Positions 9,710 through 19,800 of a DNA stretch of 64,000 nt are shown in pieces. The translations under genes were made by a program, and so were the position numbers. The notes beneath the pieces were generated by a model. That model was not told the DNA's origin. It was given only the letters and a program-made list of their open reading frames with translations, and searched no databases. Source of the DNA: an uncultured Verrucomicrobiae bacterium (GTDB lineage Bacteria; Verrucomicrobiota; Verrucomicrobiia; Chthoniobacterales; UBA10450); contig CAWIBO010000001.1 in NCBI GenBank assembly GCA_963834385.1, positions 128,001 to 192,000 of the forward strand, in the 5' to 3' direction. Position 1 is the first letter of the stretch. Every line of letters begins with the position of its first letter.

Positions 9710-11693
9710 ATGCGCCGGGCCTTTCCCACTGCGGTCATCGAGAACCTCCAGCCGCTGGTGGATGGGGGACGCTATCCCGTCAAGCGCGTGGCCGGCGACG
9801 ACCTCGCGGTGGAGGCCGACATTTTCAAGGATGGTCACGACATCGTCGCGGCGGTTCTGAAATGGCGGAAGCTGGGTGAAGCCGCCTGGCACGAAACGCC
9901 GATGGGGCATTTCGACAACGACCGCTGGCGGGGAATCTGCACCCTTTACGAAAACACCACCTACGAATACACGGTGGAGGCCTGGGCCGACACTTTCCGC
10001 GGGTGGCAGCACGAATTCTCGGCCAAGTTCAAGGCCGGCCTGGTTGATCTGCAAAGCGAGGCTCTGGAAGGAGCCGCGCTCATCGAGGCGGCCTCCCGCC
10101 GCGCCACCCGCCCCGAGGATGCCACGCGCCTGCGCGAACTCTCCGAGCTGATTCGCACCAGCGACAACGCCGAGATCGACCACGTCGCCCATGCGGGCGA
10201 GCTCGAGGTGCTCATGGCCGCCCATCCTGACCGTTCCTCCGCCACCCAATACGCCCCGGCGCCACGCGTCGTGGTCGATCGACCGGCGGCCCGCTTCGCC
10301 GCCTGGTACGAGTTTTTTCCGCGCTCGGCCGGCGGCCAGGGCGACCGCGGGTCCTCTTTCCGCGATTGTTTGCCGCGTTTGGACGATGCCCGGGCCATGG
10401 GATTTGATGTCGTCTATTTTCCTCCCATCCATCCCATCGGGGAAACGAACCGGAAAGGCCGGAACAATTCCGTCACGAGCCAGCCGGGCGAGCCGGGCGT
10501 GCCCTACGCGATCGGAAACCATCGGCAGGGAGTGAACGGCGGCGGACACAAGGACGTCGCGCCCGAGCTGGGAACGCTGGAGGATTTCGCCTGGCTGACG
10601 GAGGAGGTGCACGCGCGCGGGATGGAGATCGCCCTCGATTTCGCCATCAACTGTTCTCCCGATCATCCCTACGTGCGGGATCATCCCGAATGGTTTTACA
10701 AGCGTCCTGACGGCACCATCAAATACGCGGAGAACCCGCCGAAAAAATACGAGGACATCTATCCGCTGAATTTCGCCTGCGAAAACTGGCGCGAACTCTG
10801 GGACGAGATGACCAGCATCATCCTTTTCTGGGCCGAGCGCGATGTCCGCATCTTCCGGGTGGATAATCCGCACACCAAGCCGGTCGCCTTCTGGGAATAT
10901 CTCATCGCCACGGTGCGGGCCCGGTTTCCCGACGCCATCTTCCTCTCCGAGGCTTTTACCAAGCCAAAGATGATGAAAGGGCTGGCCAAGGCGGGCTTCA
11001 GCCAGAGCTACACCTATTTCACCTGGCGCACGGGCAAGACGGAACTGGTCGGAATATTTCACCGAGCTGACCCAGACCGCGATGCGCGAATATTTTCGCG
11101 GCAATCTTTGGCCGAACACACCGGACATTCTCCCTTTTCATCTGCAGACCGGCGGTCGCCCGGTGTTCCAGGCGCGGGCGGTCATGGCGGCGACGCTCTC
11201 TTCCGTCTACGGCATCTACAGCGGCTTTGAGCTGTGCGAAAACGCCGCGCTGCCCGGTCGCGAGGAATATCTCGATTCCGAGAAGTATCAATGGAAGGAG
11301 CGGGACTGGGATGCCCCGGGCAATATCAAGGACCTGATCACGGCGCTGAACCGGATCCGGCGCGAGAACCGCGCCCTTCAGGCCTACGAAAACCTGCGGT
11401 TCCATCCGATCGACAACGATTCCATTCTTTTCTACAGCAAGGCGACTCCCGCGCTGGATAACATCATCCTCGTGGCGGTGAACCTGGACCCGGACATGAA
11501 ACAGAGCGGCCATGTGCAGGTGCCGCTGGCGCAGTTCGGCCTGGCCGAGCAGGAGGAATATCAGGTGCACGATCTCCTCACCGATACGCGCTACCAGTGG
11601 CGCGGGAGCCGCAACTACATCGAGCTCGATCCCCGGCAGCAACCGGTCCATCTCTTCCGTCTCCGCCGCTGGACCGGGGCCCGCTTCGCCTGA
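9710..11693 (+). CDS. glgE: Alpha-1,4-glucan:maltose-1-phosphate maltosyltransferase GlgE (frameshift near 11051)
   Basis: AWYEFFPRS, PPIHPIG, YAENPPKKYEDIYP, FRVDNPHTKP, SQSYTYFTWR, then NTPDILP and SEKYQ in the next frame. Removing one G at about 11051 gives ELVEYFTELT. Confidence 0.92.
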
Positions 11694-11782
11694 TTGAATA
11701 GAGAGGCCGCGCCGTCCGACCAACCCTGGTCGCCGTTTGCATCCCTCCGGTGACGGCCTATGCTTTGCGCATCCTCACCGGC

Positions 11783-12556
11783 ATGAAAAAGTTCTTTCTG
11801 CTTATCGCAGCGTCGGCGAGTGCAACGCCGCTCCTCGCCCAGACTCCTGATCCGGCCGCGCCCGACCTCCCCAAGGCCGCTTCCATCCTCGATGCCATGA
11901 TTGCGGCGGGCCCGGTCATGGGGGTTCTCGTCGCCATGTCGATTTTCTCCGTCATGATGGTGATCGTCTTCCTCCTCACCATTCGCCGCGGCGCCATGGT
12001 CTCAAATGGCTACATGGCCACCGCGGAGGCGCTTTTGCGCAAGCGGGATTACCTCGGTCTCCTCGCCGTCTCCAACCGACACAGCGAGGCCATCGCCCGC
12101 ATCGTCCAGCGCATCCTCGATTTCACGACCAAGAACCCGAGTGCCGACATTGTCCAGGTCCGGGAAATCGCGCAGACGGAAGGGAGCCGGATCGCCGCCG
12201 CGCTCAACAACAAGGTGACCTACCTGGCCGATATCGGCATGATCGCGCCGCTCGTCGGATTGCTCGGCACCGTCATTGGCATCATTCGTTCCTTCGGCGC
12301 CCTCGGAGCCGACCTGGGCTCCGCCCGCTACGCCATGCTTTCGCGCGGCATCAGTGAGGCGCTGATCAACACCTCCGCCGGCCTCGCCATCGGCATCCCG
12401 GCCATGATCGCCTACGCCTTTTTCCGCGGGCGCGCCCACCGTCTCATTTCCGACCTGGAAGGCGCCTCCGCCCACGTGGTGGCGCTCTTTTCCCTGCATT
12501 ACTCCTCCGCGAGGAAGCCGGAACGTTCGCCTGTCCTGATCGAGGATGAATTTTGA
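11783..12556 (+). CDS. exbB: MotA/TolQ/ExbB proton channel protein
   Basis: APLVGLLGTVIGII..F and GISEALINTSAGLAIGIPA motifs; N-terminal signal peptide ending LLA-Q. Confidence 0.9.
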   Translation: MKKFFLLIAASASATPLLAQTPDPAAPDLPKAASILDAMIAAGPVMGVLVAMSIFSVMMVIVFLLTIRRGAMVSNGYMATAEALLRKRDYLGLLAVSNRHSEAIARIVQRILDFTTKNPSADIVQVREIAQTEGSRIAAALNNKVTYLADIGMIAPLVGLLGTVIGIIRSFGALGADLGSARYAMLSRGISEALINTSAGLAIGIPAMIAYAFFRGRAHRLISDLEGASAHVVALFSLHYSSARKPERSPVLIEDEF

Positions 12557-12604
12557 ACGGCGGCGGCCTTTCAAATTTCCCAACTGTAACCCTTTAACCG
12601 CCCT

Positions 12605-13012
12605 GTGAATTTTCGTAGCCGCGTCGCCACCCAGCACCCCGGCATCCAGCTCGCCCCGCTGGTCGACGTTCTCTTTCTGCTCCTGATCTTTTTTCTCATG
12701 ACGTGGAACGCCGCCCGCACCGAGAATGAACTCGACGTCAAGATTCCGAAGGCGGCCGCGGCCCAGGAAAAAACCCGCCCGATTGGCGACGTAGTCGTGA
12801 ACGTCAAGGCGGATGGATCGGTCGTGGTCAATCGGCGCACCCTCAACGGACCGGAACTGGCGGACTTGCTGCGCGGCCTTGTCCAGTTGAGCGCCGACCA
12901 GGCCGTGGTCATCCGCGGGGACGAGGCCGGCGCCTACAAGCACATCGTCAGCGTGCTGAATATCTGCAGTGAAGCCGGCGTGACCAACGTCGCCTTTGCC
13001 ACGGCCAAATGA
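12605..13012 (+). CDS. exbD: ExbD/TolR biopolymer transport protein
   Basis: LAPLVDVLFLLLIFFL transmembrane segment with the conserved Asp; VVIRGD..A.Y motif. Confidence 0.9.
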   Translation: MNFRSRVATQHPGIQLAPLVDVLFLLLIFFLMTWNAARTENELDVKIPKAAAAQEKTRPIGDVVVNVKADGSVVVNRRTLNGPELADLLRGLVQLSADQAVVIRGDEAGAYKHIVSVLNICSEAGVTNVAFATAK

Positions 13013-15510
13013 GGAAGCGACGCGGCTTTGCCGTGATCCTTCTGATCGCGGGCTTCTGCGGCTGCTCCCTGTTCGCCCAGGAAGTGCGGCGGGCCCTGCC
13101 GGTGGAAGAACCGCCAACCGCTCGCGCCGTTCCCTTCGATAAACCAACCCCGTCACCCACGGCGGCTCCGCGCCCCTCCGCGACCCCCGCCGCCACCTCC
13201 ACGCCGGCCGGTGCGCCGCCCGAAACCACCCCTGCTCCGGTCGCGCCGGAGACAGAGACCCCGGATGTGCGCCAGCTGAATTACGCGAACGCTTTTTTTG
13301 CGCGCAAGCTTTTCGATCTCGCCATCCCGGAATATGAAAAATTCCTCGGGCAATTCCCAGGCGCACCCGGGCGCGCCGGCGCCTACTTCTTCCTCGGTGA
13401 ATGTTACCGTGCCCTGGGCCGCACGCCCGCGGCCCGCTCCAGCTTTCAAAGCGTGATCGACGAGTATCCCGAGAGCGAATTTGCCGGGCCGGCCGCCTAC
13501 GGCGTGGCCGAAATCGAGTTCAAGGAGAAGGACTTCAAAAACGCGCTGCCGCTCTTTCATCGCGCCGCCGAGAAAACCAAGGAAGCCGGCCTCGCCCTTT
13601 CCGCCCGTTATTTTGAGGCGCGCTGCCTGGAAAGTCTCGGTCGCAAGGATGACGCGCGCGAGATCTACGTCCAGGTCGCCGGGGTCAAGGATCCCAACCC
13701 GTTTCGCGACGATGCCCGGACCGCGGCGGGCACCCTTTTCCTGGCCAGGGGGAGGAAATTGGAGGCCTTCAAGCAATTCGAAGCGCTCGCCGGCGAAACC
13801 TCCAAGCCGGGTCTCAAGGCCGAGGCCGCGATCCGCGCCGGACTTCTCGCGGCCGAACTGCAGGGCACCGAGAAAAGTTCGACCGACCAGGGCATGATCG
13901 ACCGCGCCATCAGCCTTCTTCAGAAGGGAAAGGCCGGCGCGGAAACACCCAAGTGGCGCTCCCTCGCGGCCGTGGGTCTCCTGCGTCTCTACTACCAGTC
14001 CGGGCGTTCCCAGCAGGTCATCGCCGAGTTCAAGAAAAGCCAGGCTGATCTGCCGGAGGAGATCAAGCCGGAGCTGATGCTTCTCGTGGCCAATAGCCAC
14101 CGGCAATTGAACCAGACGGAGGCGGCGGAGGAACTATATCGCCAGATCAGCGCAAAATACCCGGATCGCGAGGAGGCGAAAGACGCGCAATACCAGCGGC
14201 TGATCAATCTCTACAGTTCCGGCTCGAAGGACCTGGAAAAGGAGATCGACGCCTTTCTCGCCACCAACCCGGAGGGAGAGCGGGGTGACCAGGCGCGGCT
14301 CCTGAAAGCGGAAGCCCTTTACCAGCAGGGGCAGTTGGCCGAGGCGATTCCGCTTTATCGCCAGGTCCGGGAAAGCCAGCTCGCGCCGAAACTGCGGGCC
14401 GAGGCCGCCCTCAAGCTCGCTTCAGCGCATGCCCAGGCCCGGAACAGCGAAGGCGTTAATGAGGCCCTGACTTTCTTCCTCGAGACTTTCCCCGACCATG
14501 CCCAGACGCCGGCTGTTCTGACCCAGCGCGCGATGGCCCGGCAGGAACTGAAAAATTACGACGAGGCCCTGGCGGATCTCAATCTTCTCCTCCAGAAATA
14601 TCCCAAGGCCTCCCAGCGCGAAGGGGCGCTGCAGCAAAAAGCCCTGCTTCTCGGTCAGCAGGAGAAAAACCGGGAGATGGCCGGGACCTTTCAGCAGCTC
14701 CTGAAAGAGTTCCCCAAGACCTCCGTTGCCGCCCAGGCCAATTATTTCATCGGAAAAACCTCGCTCGAGGAGAAGAACTACAAGCAGGCCATCCGCCCGC
14801 TGAATGCCGCGCGCACGATCGATCGCGCACAATATTACGATCTCGCCACGGTCCGGATCATCTCCTCGCATTTCTACCTGCGGGATCGCAACGCCCTCGT
14901 GAGCGAGATCGACCAATACCTCGCGAGCGATCCCGGCGCGCCGGTCCCCGCCGAGATCCTGGAATGGCTTGGGCTCGACTTTTACAACGAGAAGAAATTT
15001 GCCCTGGTCGACAAGTATCTGACCGCGCTGAGCCGGCTCGAGAATACCTCCGGAGTGAAACCCGATTTCTGGTTTTATCTCGGCGACGCGCGCAACCGCC
15101 TGAATAATTTCGCCGGAGCCGAGGAAGCGTTCCAGCAGTATCTCACCACCGCGACCGATCCGGCGGGACGGGCCAAGGTTCTGCTGGCACTGGGAGAGGC
15201 CAAACTGAAAGCGAGCAAACCGGAGGAGGCCCAACGCGTGGCGGAGGAGATCATGTCGTTGCAGCCGGAAGGCCGCGTCAACGCCGAGGCCAGGCTTCTT
15301 CTCGGGGATGTGCAGATGCAGCGAGAGGAATTCGAGGCGGCCGGAAAGGCTTTCATGAGTGTGGCCCTGCTCCATGACGACCCGGAGATCACGCCGCGCG
15401 CCCTCGCCCGCGCCGCCGCGGCTTACACCAGGGCGGGACAGACGGAAGAAGCGGAACGCATCACCAAACAACTGCGCGAACGCTATCCCGAATTCGCCGG
15501 GGGATCGTAG
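13009..15510 (+). CDS. Large periplasmic TPR protein (CpoB/BamD-like repeats)
   Basis: Signal peptide, Pro/Thr-rich linker, then many TPR repeats (YEKFLGQFP, FQSVIDEYPES, LLQKYP). Translationally coupled to exbD. Confidence 0.85.
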   Translation: MRKRRGFAVILLIAGFCGCSLFAQEVRRALPVEEPPTARAVPFDKPTPSPTAAPRPSATPAATSTPAGAPPETTPAPVAPETETPDVRQLNYANAFFARKLFDLAIPEYEKFLGQFPGAPGRAGAYFFLGECYRALGRTPAARSSFQSVIDEYPESEFAGPAAYGVAEIEFKEKDFKNALPLFHRAAEKTKEAGLALSARYFEARCLESLGRKDDAREIYVQVAGVKDPNPFRDDARTAAGTLFLARGRKLEAFKQFEALAGETSKPGLKAEAAIRAGLLAAELQGTEKSSTDQGMIDRAISLLQKGKAGAETPKWRSLAAVGLLRLYYQSGRSQQVIAEFKKSQADLPEEIKPELMLLVANSHRQLNQTEAAEELYRQISAKYPDREEAKDAQYQRLINLYSSGSKDLEKEIDAFLATNPEGERGDQARLLKAEALYQQGQLAEAIPLYRQVRESQLAPKLRAEAALKLASAHAQARNSEGVNEALTFFLETFPDHAQTPAVLTQRAMARQELKNYDEALADLNLLLQKYPKASQREGALQQKALLLGQQEKNREMAGTFQQLLKEFPKTSVAAQANYFIGKTSLEEKNYKQAIRPLNAARTIDRAQYYDLATVRIISSHFYLRDRNALVSEIDQYLASDPGAPVPAEILEWLGLDFYNEKKFALVDKYLTALSRLENTSGVKPDFWFYLGDARNRLNNFAGAEEAFQQYLTTATDPAGRAKVLLALGEAKLKASKPEEAQRVAEEIMSLQPEGRVNAEARLLLGDVQMQREEFEAAGKAFMSVALLHDDPEITPRALARAAAAYTRAGQTEEAERITKQLRERYPEFAGGS

Positions 15511-15529
15511 CCCGCCGGATCCGCCGCCC

Positions 15530-16051
15530 TCAGGCGAGCAGCAGGATCTCCACGGGCAACGGGTCCAGGAATTCCCGTTCATCTCCCGACCTGCCGCACG
15601 GGCGAAGCACGCTGGGCGGCCAGAAAACTCAAATCGGGTGTCCGGGCCACGCCGGCCCGGGTGCGCAGCCCAAGTTCTTCGAGCCGGGCCATGACGCCGG
15701 GCACTTTTCCGCTTCCTTCGCCCGGGCCAGTTCCAGCGTGCACACGCCCGGGGCGGTTGATTCAACAAAAGGCGAAAGCATAAAGGCATGCTGCACGAGG
15801 ATCTCCTGCAGGATGGTTTCCGCCGTCCGATCGCGCGTGCGCAGCAGAAGTCCGGGGCACCGGGCCAGCGCCTGAGTGGCGCTTGTCCCTTTTTCCAGGC
15901 CGTAACAGCGGGCGGCCTCGTTGGTCTCGAGCAGAAACGCCTTCCGCTCCTCATCATCCAGGAGGGCGACCGGTTCAGTTTCCCGCGCCGGCGCGTGCCG
16001 CAGCACCGCCTGCAGAAAAAACTGCGGCAGTAAAAGAGTGGCAAACATCAA
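15530..16051 (-). CDS. imuB: Short ImuB-like (inactive Y-family polymerase N-terminal part), about 173 aa after repairing two compensating frameshifts (about 15706 and 15586)
   Basis: PQFFLQA...NEAAR..GL.KG.SATQALARCP, then LEELGLRTRAGVARTPDLSFLAA and EFLDPLPVEIL in adjacent frames. Coupled to imuA. Confidence 0.7.
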
Positions 16052-16689
16052 CCGGCTCCCGCGAGGTCCAGGCCCGTCTGCTGGGCCCGGCGTGTTTCAA
16101 ACGGCAGTCGGGAGAGATCAGCGCCCTGCTCGACTTCCTCCAGCGTCCATTCCTGCTGCAGGATCAGTTTCAACTGCGCGCTGCCCACCATGCTCCGGCG
16201 GGAGCACACCAGGAAAACCGTGGGCCATGATTCCACCAGCCGCTGCAGCCGGTACCAGGTGGTCTGCGGAACCCGCTGCAGTTCATTCCTCTCGTTCAGG
16301 ATGAGGTCGAGCAAAACCAGCGGAAAATTTCCGTCCCTTAACAAAAGATCGGCCGCCTTCATTGCCTCCGGAACCGTCCGGCAACGCACCCAAAGCAAAT
16401 GCGGCAGAGCCGCCGTAAGCGCCATGTCCGGCGCAAAGGAATCACTCCCGTCGATCAGGGCCAGGAAAGAGGCTTCCCGGTGAACTTGCCGCAGGAAAAA
16501 ATGCAGGAGGGAAGCGCTTCCACTGCCTGGAGTGATGAGCTCGGTAATGGCGCCCCGGGGAAGACCGCCGCCGGCGGCCTCGTTCAGCGCGGGTAAATCG
16601 GTCGGCCACTGGCTGCCGGCCGCCGGGGCCGGATGAGGAAACTTCTCGGCCAGAAGCTGGCGCAGATCGATGATCTTGCGGGCGGGCAT
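16048..16689 (-). CDS. imuA: ImuA/RecA-like mutagenesis protein
   Basis: GGLPRGAITEL, ALIDGSDSF.P, LLWVRC, ADLLLRDGNFPLVLLDL; degenerate Walker A; LexA box upstream. Confidence 0.85.
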   Translation of the reverse strand: MPARKIIDLRQLLAEKFPHPAPAAGSQWPTDLPALNEAAGGGLPRGAITELITPGSGSASLLHFFLRQVHREASFLALIDGSDSFAPDMALTAALPHLLWVRCRTVPEAMKAADLLLRDGNFPLVLLDLILNERNELQRVPQTTWYRLQRLVESWPTVFLVCSRRSMVGSAQLKLILQQEWTLEEVEQGADLSRLPFETRRAQQTGLDLAGAG

Positions 16690-16715
16690 GAGCAGATCAT
16701 GCCACCTCCCGCGCG

Positions 16716-16733
16716 TATGTTCAAATGAACATA
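16716..16733. promoter_or_regulatory. Perfect LexA (SOS) box over the imuA -35
   Basis: Palindrome TATGTTC-AAAT-GAACATA. On the minus strand it contains the -35 TTGAAC, followed by N17-CATGAT-N6-ATG. Confidence 0.9.
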
Positions 16734-16735
16734 TA

Positions 16736-17563
16736 CTATTCTTTGATCTCTACGCTTTTCTCTCCCGCCCGCAGTTTGGTGCCCGTTTCGTTTGCGCCCC
16801 GCTTCACAAAGCCGAGTCCGGTTTCCCCGTCGGCCGCCACGCTCGTCACCCAGCCCACTTCCCGTGCCGGCTCCCCGCTCCAGAGCTTTTCGCCCGGGCT
16901 CAGCTTCGTCCCCGATCCCACCGCCAGCCGGCAAAGCCGCTTGTTTTTCTGGCCCGACATTTTCATGCGGGAGATGATCTCCTGGCCGATATAACAACCC
17001 TTGCCGTAGCTGACGCAGCGTTCCTCCATGTTCGCTTCCACCGGGATGATCTCGGGACCCAACTCCTTCCCCCAGCACGGCAGACCGGCCTTGATCCGTT
17101 CCTCCTCAAATTCCCTGCCTGTTTTGATCCCGGCCTCCCCGGCCAATTGCGCGCGCAAGGCATCCTCTTCCCCCCGTGGAACCCAAAGATCAGACCCCTC
17201 TTGGAGAAGCCGGCGCGCCGAGAGCGCAGGATGATCTCCCGGCGGCGCGAGCCCGATCAGGTGGAAAAGGGCAAACTCCTCCGTTACCTCCGCCAGCAAA
17301 ACGTCATCGGCGATGATGTAGCGATCCAGGCGGGCCGGCAGCAGCTCGCGCAGCGCTCGCTCCGCATCAAGCAGGAAAGATTCGCCCTCGCGCCGGACAA
17401 AGAAATGTCCTTCCGTCTTTCCCCGGGCATTCAGCACGCAGGCTTCCACCACCCGGCCCGATTCCGGCAGCGCGTTCGTCATCTGCCCGTTGAGAAAACG
17501 GGCCGCATCTCCGCCCGACAGCCGGAACTTGGCGCGGTCGCTCAGGTCGAAAGCCACCTTCAT
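16736..17563 (-). CDS. ygfZ: Folate-binding Fe-S repair protein YgfZ (GcvT family)
   Basis: Signature KGCYIGQE; N-terminal G.DA.RFLNGQMTN. Confidence 0.88.
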   Translation of the reverse strand: MKVAFDLSDRAKFRLSGGDAARFLNGQMTNALPESGRVVEACVLNARGKTEGHFFVRREGESFLLDAERALRELLPARLDRYIIADDVLLAEVTEEFALFHLIGLAPPGDHPALSARRLLQEGSDLWVPRGEEDALRAQLAGEAGIKTGREFEEERIKAGLPCWGKELGPEIIPVEANMEERCVSYGKGCYIGQEIISRMKMSGQKNKRLCRLAVGSGTKLSPGEKLWSGEPAREVGWVTSVAADGETGLGFVKRGANETGTKLRAGEKSVEIKE

Positions 17564-17576
17564 GAGGGAAGGTGCC

Positions 17577-18749
17577 CTATCCGCGCGGTCTTCGCTTCAG
17601 GAACCGGCTGAAAAAATTCTCTTCCGGCGGGACGGTCTCCAGCGTCTCGGGAGCCGGCGGTGCGGACGCGTCCGGATTTTGCTCCGGTTCCGGCAGTTCG
17701 AGGACGGGCAGGGGTTGCGCTTCCTCCTCGTTTGCGCCGGGAAGCGCGCCCGCCGAAGCCGGACTTTCCTCTTCTGCCGGGCGATCCGGCTCCGGGGCGC
17801 CGGGAGGCGGCGCCGACTCTTCAGGTTTCGCTTCCTCGGCCCCGAAAGGAAGCTCGGCCTCGGTCAAGGCCTCCGGCTCCGTCGCCGGCACAGGCATTCC
17901 CTCGGGAAAAAGTCGTCGCGCAATGGCCGCGTAATCATCATTAGCGAAACCCCGTTTTGCCTCTTCGGCCAGCGCTTCCTCCGCCTTGGCGGTCAGGTCG
18001 AGCTTTTGGTCTGAGACGCGGGCCAGCCGTTCGGCCAGGCGCAGATCCTTGAGCATGTGTTTGATCGAGAAATGCGGCTCAAAATCCCCCGCGATCACCT
18101 TGGGCAGCTTGAGGGAGAGCGTGCCGGAGTTGCTGGCGTTACTTTCCAGCGCGCGCAGGAAAACTTCCGGGGCCATCCCGGCGCCGGTGACAAGCGAGAG
18201 TCCCTCAATGGCGGCCTGGACGCTCACCGCCGTGATGATGTTGGTGGCGATCTTGATCGTGCTGGCATCGCCGACGCGGCCCACCGGCACGATCTCCTTG
18301 CTGCTCGCCTGCAGGACGTGGCTGACGTCTCGCAGCGCTCCCTCGTCGCCACCGATGTAATAAATCAGTTCCCCATTCTGCGCGGCCAGTTTGCTGCCCG
18401 TGAAGGGCGCATCGAGAAACCGGGCGCCGCGGCGGTGCACAACCTCCGCTCCCTCCCGCATCGTTTCCGGCGCCACGGTGCTGTGCGCGAGAACAACATG
18501 GTGCGAGGTCAGGGCGGGCGCGATCTGCCTCAGGCAGCTCCGGAGCGCGTCATCATCCGAGACAAAGATCTGGATGACATCGCACAGCTCACCCACCTCG
18601 CGCGGTGTTCCGACAAAATTCGGGACCGGTTTCGGTGTGCGATTCCAGACAAAGACGCGGAATTGGCGGCGGCGCAGGTTATCCACCACGCGCTGGCCAA
18701 TGATGCCCAGCCCCACGATCCCCACGGCTTTTCTGTTGCGACGCGTCAC
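17577..18749 (-). CDS. NAD(P)-dependent beta-hydroxyacid dehydrogenase (MmsB/GlxR family) with long acidic C-terminal tail
   Basis: VGIVGLGIIG Rossmann motif, WNRT, FLDAPFTGSK, K...N catalytic helix, F.IKHMLKDL. GTG start inferred. Confidence 0.85.
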   Translation of the reverse strand: MTRRNRKAVGIVGLGIIGQRVVDNLRRRQFRVFVWNRTPKPVPNFVGTPREVGELCDVIQIFVSDDDALRSCLRQIAPALTSHHVVLAHSTVAPETMREGAEVVHRRGARFLDAPFTGSKLAAQNGELIYYIGGDEGALRDVSHVLQASSKEIVPVGRVGDASTIKIATNIITAVSVQAAIEGLSLVTGAGMAPEVFLRALESNASNSGTLSLKLPKVIAGDFEPHFSIKHMLKDLRLAERLARVSDQKLDLTAKAEEALAEEAKRGFANDDYAAIARRLFPEGMPVPATEPEALTEAELPFGAEEAKPEESAPPPGAPEPDRPAEEESPASAGALPGANEEEAQPLPVLELPEPEQNPDASAPPAPETLETVPPEENFFSRFLKRRPRG

Positions 18750-18861
18750 GTTTTTTTTCGGGCCGGCGATTAAACGCGGCTCCTGCGCTGAAATTGAGGC
18801 AAAACAGATTCGACGCAATGCCGAACTTGCGCACCAACCGGGCAGCCGGTGCGCGGCACCG

Positions 18862-19800
18862 TCAAGGGTTCGGCCACTTTGCCGGCTCCGCCACGATCTC
18901 CCGCCGCCGCAGGTTCTCCAAAATCGAGGCGATTTCCGGCCGCGCTTCCTCAAAGCTCAGGGTGCGCGGCGGCAACACCTCCGTAACGAGCACAAAGTGG
19001 TAGCCCAGCCGGGTTCGGAGCGGCGGGCTGAGGCGGCCAGGCTCGAGTTTCGCCACGTTCGCGATGAAATCGGGCGGCATCCGGGCGGCAGAAAACCAGC
19101 CCAGATCCCCGCCATTTCCGCGAGTCGCTTCGTCCTCGGAAACTTCCAGCACCAGCGCGGCAAATTCTTCGCCCTCGGCGAGGCGACGAGCGGTCTCCTC
19201 GACCAGCTCCTCTTTTGTGCGGGCCACCTCCTCGGGCGTCCCGGGCGGGACGGCAACAAAGAGATGCCGGGCCTTCCATCGCGCCGGCAGCGCAAAATCC
19301 GCCGGGTGCGAGTCGAAGTATTCTCGCAGCGCCGTCTCCGAAGGCGCAGGGGCACGCGCGATGTGCTCCTCGAACCCTTGCTGCGCAGCGAGATGGGTTG
19401 CCAGCTCCTGCTCCCACTCCCTTTGGCTGATCTCGGCGGCTGCCAGCGTTTCTTCCCAGCCCGGGCCGGTTCCGCCCTGGCTCCGGAGGTCGCGGGCCAG
19501 TTCCGCCACCCGGGCCGGCGGCACGACCACGTCTGGCAATTGTTTCTGTGCCCTTCGCTCCTTCAGAATCTGCCGGGCCACGGAGCCCGGATCCGGCGCA
19601 ATGGAGACCCCCGCGTGCGCCAGCGCTTCCCTCGCGCGGTTCACCTCACTCTCCCGCACTGTCAAGCCATCGGCCGCCAGCACCACGGGATCACGCAACA
19701 GCCAGCCCGGGAGGAAAGGAACCAGATCAACCAGAAACCAGCCGAGAAAGGCGCCAGCCCCGAGGGTCAGGCCAAAGAAGAAAATGCGCAGCAGTTTCAT
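18862..19800 (-). CDS. PpiC/SurA-type peptidyl-prolyl isomerase, membrane anchored
   Basis: ARHLFV, F..L....SED..T...GGDLGWF, SPPLRTRLGYH. Confidence 0.88.
   Translation of the reverse strand: MKLLRIFFFGLTLGAGAFLGWFLVDLVPFLPGWLLRDPVVLAADGLTVRESEVNRAREALAHAGVSIAPDPGSVARQILKERRAQKQLPDVVVPPARVAELARDLRSQGGTGPGWEETLAAAEISQREWEQELATHLAAQQGFEEHIARAPAPSETALREYFDSHPADFALPARWKARHLFVAVPPGTPEEVARTKEELVEETARRLAEGEEFAALVLEVSEDEATRGNGGDLGWFSAARMPPDFIANVAKLEPGRLSPPLRTRLGYHFVLVTEVLPPRTLSFEEARPEIASILENLRRREIVAEPAKWPNP

Noticed and set aside
12695..12712. parS-like sequence ACGTGGAAC
   Set aside because: Only one half-site, inside exbD. I saw no full 16-bp parS palindrome in the window.
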